Source of the DNA: Candidatus Woesearchaeota archaeon
GTDB taxonomy: Archaea > Nanobdellota > Nanobdellia > Woesearchaeales > DSVV01
Length of the DNA: 64,000 bases
Direction: 5' to 3'
Assembly (NCBI GenBank): GCA_016192995.1
Contig: JACPTB010000005.1
Span: 133,503 to 197,502 of the forward strand
The notes below the pieces were generated by a model. It did no database searches, was not told where the DNA came from, and was given only the letters and a program-made list of their open reading frames with translations. A program made the translations under genes and the position numbers. Positions 59,929 through 64,000 of this stretch are shown here, one piece after another. Positions within the stretch are counted from its first letter, which is position 1. Each line of letters begins with the position of its first letter.

Positions 59929-61293
59929 ATGATTAATGTTCTTTTAGTCTATCCACCATTCTGCACACCTGCTGCTCCACCTTATTCAATAACTTATTTA
60001 CATACGTTTCTTCGAAATAATCTTCCAGAAGAATATACCGTAAGTGTGATAGATCTCAATATTTTTTTTCATAATAAGAAATTTCAAGAATATCATACTT
60101 ATTAAAAAAAATATGATAAAAAAACTTATTCAGGAAAAACTAAGCAATTTCTCGCATTAACAAATCAATGCTACGCAGAAAACAATAAAAAAGTGGTTAA
60201 TAACTTAGAACCTGAATTACTAGAGGAATCTCTCCGTTATATTTTAAGTAAAGCGCCTGATGTTGTTGCATTCAGCATAGTTTATTCGAGCCAAGCATTT
60301 TATGCCTATGCTTTGCTTAAAGAGTTAAAAAAACAAGGCATTAAAACAGGTATAGGCGGCCCATGCATTAATAACAAACTAAAAGGGATTGCAGATGTTA
60401 CGTGCAGTAATGAAGTTGTGTTTTTGGAATATATACTTACTATACTTAAATATTCCATAGATCATAATGCATTGAAGACAAATAGAATCCTTGATTTTTC
60501 AATATATAATCTCGAAGATTATTTTACTTTTTCTCCAGTATTGTCTTTAAAAACATCAAATAGCTGTTATTATAAACAATGTACTTTCTGCACCCACCAT
60601 GGCAATGCGCAATATAGAGAACACTCTTTGGAAGATATTAAGAAAACTATTGTCAAATCACAACAAAAATATTTCTTTCTTGTTGATGAAATGATCCCAA
60701 AAAACAGGTTATTAGAAATTGCCGAATTACTTAAGCCGTTAAATATCATCTGGATGTGCCAACTGCGTCCGACAAAAGATTTAGACAAAACAACCTTGGA
60801 AACATTAAGAAAAGCAGGATTGAAGGCAATTTTATGGGGTGTTGAATCTGCAAGTGATCGCATTTTGCAGCTGATGAAAAAAGGCACTAATAAAAAAGAT
60901 ATTAGTTTAGTTATTAACAATGCAAAAGAAGCTGGCATTACTAATGTAACCTATATTATGTTTGGGTTTCCTACTGAAACAAAAGAAGAGTTCATTGAAA
61001 CCATTGATTTTTTAAAGGCGCATGAAAAAAGTATTGACTTAATCTCGCCAACAATTTTTGGTTTGCAAAAAGATGCGCCGATGTTTAACAAGCCTGAGCA
61101 ATATGGCATCACCCAAATAATAACTGAACAAAGAACTATTCTTGAGCCGAAAATTACCTATAAACTTTCTCAAGGATTATCGCATGAACAGGTGATAAAG
61201 CTCAGCAAAGCTTACAAGCAAACACTTCAAAAAATTAATAAATTTCCTAAAGAAATGAATTTCTTCCGAGAGCATATGTTAGTGTTGTTATAG
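59929..61293 (+). pseudogene. B12-binding radical SAM protein interrupted by one in-frame TAA at 60103-60105
   Basis: GGAGGT 8 nt before ATG 59929; MINVLLVYPPF... B12-domain start; same frame continues through the TAA into ORF 60193..61293 with CYYKQCTFC radical-SAM cysteine triad. Confidence 0.6.
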
Positions 61294-61453
61294 GCAGTGT
61301 AGAAAATCTCGGCATAGCCTCGGTTTTGGTGCCGTGATTATCTCACTTGTTTATAAGAAGGAAAAAATTCCTATTGGAATTTCCTTTTTTCCCACATATT
61401 AATTTGAAGGATAATCACAAGGGTGGCACCAAAAACTACATTTTCTACACTGC
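61293..61453. mobile_element. family-B MITE-like repeat (B4; termini GGCAGTGTAGAAAAT), 9-bp TSD TGTTGTTAT
   Basis: Conserved B core; identical 9-mers on both flanks; starts right at the rSAM stop codon. Confidence 0.75.
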
Positions 61454-61498
61454 TGTTGTTATGATCAACTATTTAAACAACTCTTTTTTCTCATAATT

Positions 61499-61981
61499 AT
61501 GACACTAGAAGTTATTGGTTTGTTAGAGAAACATCATATTGCATACAAACTCCATACTCATAAAGCTGTATTTACCTGTGCTGAAGCAGAAGAACATTGT
61601 AAACATATTCCTGGATTAGCATGCAAAAATCTTTTTCTTAAAGATAAATATACCCATCAATGCTATCTTGTTATTCTTCCTGCTGCTAAGAAAATGGATT
61701 TTAAAAAATTTGAGAAAATGCTCGGCAGTAAGAAAATAATGTTTGGAGATGAAAATCAATTAATGGATATTCTGAAGTTAACAAAAGGTGCTGTTAGTCC
61801 ATTTGGATTATTGAACGACACCGAACTGAAAACAGAAGTGTATATTGACCAAGAAGTTTGGGAAGCAGACATTGTTAGTTTTCATCCTAATATCAATACT
61901 GAAACATTGGAATTAAGCAAGGAGATGTTTCAGAAGTTTATTAAAACATTGAAGCATATTTACACGGTAATTTTATTTTAA
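61499..61981 (+). CDS. YbaK/ProX-family aminoacyl-tRNA deacylase
   Basis: KNLFLKDK..YLVIL ... LTKGAVSPFGL. Confidence 0.6.
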   Translation: MTLEVIGLLEKHHIAYKLHTHKAVFTCAEAEEHCKHIPGLACKNLFLKDKYTHQCYLVILPAAKKMDFKKFEKMLGSKKIMFGDENQLMDILKLTKGAVSPFGLLNDTELKTEVYIDQEVWEADIVSFHPNINTETLELSKEMFQKFIKTLKHIYTVILF

Positions 61982-61991
61982 CTTTCCTTGC

Positions 61992-62723
61992 TTAACTGAA
62001 AAAGAGTATTCCGTCATAAATAAATTTAATGCTGACTGCTGCAATTGATAACAAAACTATTATTCTAAATTTATCTTGAGGAATTTTTGCAACAATCTTT
62101 TTACCTATATAAGACCCAATAACGGCGATTACAACGAGGAGAGGAATAATTCCATAAAACTCTGAAGGCAAAAATCCACTGCTTAAATAAACTGGAAGCC
62201 TTGTTGCATCTACTGCAAGCGCAATTGCCGCAGCTGTTGCGATGTATAAAGACTTTTCAAGGTTATATGATGCGAGAAATGCTCCTCGTATTGCCCCTCC
62301 TGTGCCTATAAGTCCTGCAAAGAATCCTGAAAAAGAACCGCCATAAATATTATTGATGACTGTTGGTTTTAATGAAAGCTTTTTTGTTCTGAATGAGATT
62401 ACTACAAAGCAGAGTAGAAATAAACCCAATATCATCTTTAAAATCTGAGGAGAAAAATAATTAACTGAAAAAGCTCCAAGTAAGGTTAGAATTACACTTG
62501 GTATTCCAAACCAGAACAGCAATTTTTTGTCAAGGGCTTTTCTAAAAAAAGTAATTCTTCCCAAATTCCCTGCAATATGAAACACTGCAACAAAGACAAG
62601 CGCTGTTTTGAATTCAAAGAAAAACAATGCAATCGGCAAGAAAATAGTTGATGATCCAAATCCCGCTATAGTTCCAGCAATTCCTGCAAACAATGCCCCT
62701 ATGAATAATAGCATACTTACCAT
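61992..62723 (-). CDS. TauE/SafE-family sulfite/anion exporter
   Basis: 243 aa, 7-8 TM helices, duplicated G-rich helices (AGIAGTIAGFGSS, GLIGTGGAIRG). Confidence 0.55.
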   Translation of the reverse strand: MVSMLLFIGALFAGIAGTIAGFGSSTIFLPIALFFFEFKTALVFVAVFHIAGNLGRITFFRKALDKKLLFWFGIPSVILTLLGAFSVNYFSPQILKMILGLFLLCFVVISFRTKKLSLKPTVINNIYGGSFSGFFAGLIGTGGAIRGAFLASYNLEKSLYIATAAAIALAVDATRLPVYLSSGFLPSEFYGIIPLLVVIAVIGSYIGKKIVAKIPQDKFRIIVLLSIAAVSIKFIYDGILFFS

Positions 62724-62768
62724 GTCTTATATAATTTCATGTAAGTTTAAAAATATTGTGCATGGTAA

Positions 62769-63362
62769 TTATTCTTTTAAGTAATTAATTATCTGCTGAA
62801 TACTAATTACTCTTAGATCATGTTCTTTTGCAAACTCAAATGTTTGTTCTTGATTCATCATAGTACCATTGTCATTCATTAATTCTGAAATAATTGCAAC
62901 GTCCTTTAATCCTGCTAATCTGCACAACGTAATAGAAGCTTCAGTATGCCCTTGACGTTCAAATAAAGAATCTCTGCTTATTAACGGAAAAATGTGCCCT
63001 GGCCTTGCCAAATTTTGCGCAGTTCCTGAAACAAGCTTTTGGATAGTTATTGTCCGGTCATGGCTTGAAACACCTGTTGTCATTGCTGGATCAAGGGCAT
63101 CAACTGATACGGTAAAGTTAGTGCCATGTTTTTCAGTATTATCCTGCACCATTAAAGGTAATTTTAATTCCTCACCACGTTGTTTAGTTAAGGGAACGGT
63201 TAAAATACCAGAGGTATTTTTAATCATAAATGTTATTTTTTCTTCAGTAACATATTCTGCTGCCAAGATAAGATCAGACTCACACTCTCGAGTTTCATCT
63301 ATAACAATAATCATAGTTCCTTGTTTGAATAAGGTTATTGCTTCTGGAATCGATGAGTACAT
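62769..63362 (-). CDS. ribB: 3,4-dihydroxy-2-butanone-4-phosphate synthase
   Basis: IVIDETRECESDLILAAE, HTEASITLCRLAGL. Confidence 0.75.
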   Translation of the reverse strand: MYSSIPEAITLFKQGTMIIVIDETRECESDLILAAEYVTEEKITFMIKNTSGILTVPLTKQRGEELKLPLMVQDNTEKHGTNFTVSVDALDPAMTTGVSSHDRTITIQKLVSGTAQNLARPGHIFPLISRDSLFERQGHTEASITLCRLAGLKDVAIISELMNDNGTMMNQEQTFEFAKEHDLRVISIQQIINYLKE

Positions 63363-63408
63363 AGTATAAATAAGAAATAGTTATCAATTTAAATACTTAC
63401 TTAAACAG

Positions 63409-63561
63409 TACGTAATAAGTCTTCTTTAGTTTTAGCGCCGGTTCAGCTTCAACATATTATTTCGATTGGATTTTTCTCTCTGGCACTCCGAAAAATCCCC
63501 TATATAAAATTAAGAAGAGCTTCACAAAAGCAGGCGCTAAAACCCCAGACTTATTACGTAC
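63409..63561. mobile_element. family-A MITE-like repeat (A6), TSD about TTAAACA
   Basis: GTACGTAATAAGTCT...AGACTTATTACGTAC between ribB and archease. Confidence 0.8.
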
Positions 63562-63576
63562 ATTAAACAACTAAAC

Positions 63577-64000
63577 TTAGATATCAACCACAACCTGCAC
63601 CATAACTTTTCTATTCTTCTGGTTGTAGTTTTCATCAATAATCATATCATTATACGTTGCAGCTTTGATATCACCATGCACTTCATAGTTTTTATAGCTG
63701 TCACCATAAACTGTCGTTTGGATAATAAATTCATTTTCTTTTTTCAAAATAATAAAATCATCTATTTCGCAGGGAATAAATCCTTCAGTATCAACAAGAA
63801 ATAATAATTCATCAATAAAATCATACAATAATGCCTCTTTTGATGAAGCTTCAACTTTAATGTTGTGGCTAATCTTTGGTTTTATTTTTTTAACATTGGT
63901 TAACAAATTAAACATTCCTACACCTGCGCTAATAAACGCTTGCTCAAGTGTCTGCCCATATGCCTGGAATTTAGCATCTGCAGTGTGTTCAAGGAATTTT
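63577..64000 (-). CDS. archease (partial; runs off the window edge)
   Basis: The ORF continues upstream of the listed Met: ...KFLEHTADAKFQAYGQTLEQAFISAGVGMFNLL... then C-terminal YNDMIIDENY. Confidence 0.6.
   Translation of the reverse strand, partial: KFLEHTADAKFQAYGQTLEQAFISAGVGMFNLLTNVKKIKPKISHNIKVEASSKEALLYDFIDELLFLVDTEGFIPCEIDDFIILKKENEFIIQTTVYGDSYKNYEVHGDIKAATYNDMIIDENYNQKNRKVMVQVVVDI

Overview
This is an AT-rich stretch of archaeal chromosome; the archaeal assignment is inferred from the gene set, not computed. Archaeal markers include transcription factor S, RNA polymerase subunit Rpo11/L, Nmd3, archaeal-type riboflavin synthase and CTP-dependent riboflavin kinase, archease, a preflagellin/prepilin peptidase, a Sec11-type signal peptidase and two intron-containing tRNAs. 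I saw no integrase, transposase or CRISPR array. The window encodes housekeeping functions: folC, a Ham1 pyrophosphatase, aspartokinase, a site-2 protease, gyrB carrying a mini-intein, uppS, pta, endonuclease V, and the riboflavin genes ribB/ribH/ribC/ribK. Mixed in with these are many accessory genes: at least six toxin-antitoxin pairs (PIN with RHH or AbrB partners, and UPF0175 with DUF3368), a RelE-like toxin, a RhuM protein, and several secreted or membrane proteins with DM13, InlB B-repeat and YdbT/bPH_2 domains. Items that deserve a second look are listed below. (1) Two related families of roughly 150-240 bp palindromic repeat elements resembling MITEs, about 12 copies, most with 8-9 bp target-site duplications; they fill intergenic and promoter regions and include nested and hybrid copies. 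(2) A tandem array of three paralogues, plus one truncated copy, that carry only the C-terminal halves of a rifampin-phosphotransferase/PEP-synthase-like enzyme (substrate-binding-like domain plus phosphohistidine swivel domain) with no ATP-grasp domain. (3) A sigma-54-activator-type AAA+ ATPase in an archaeon, with a non-HTH C-terminal domain, paired with an unknown gene. (4) A B12-binding radical SAM gene interrupted by a single in-frame TAA codon and flanked exactly by two repeat elements. (5) A frameshifted P-type ATPase. (6) Two intron-containing tRNAs, one with a non-canonical intron. All calls come from reading the sequence and motifs by eye; no database search was possible.
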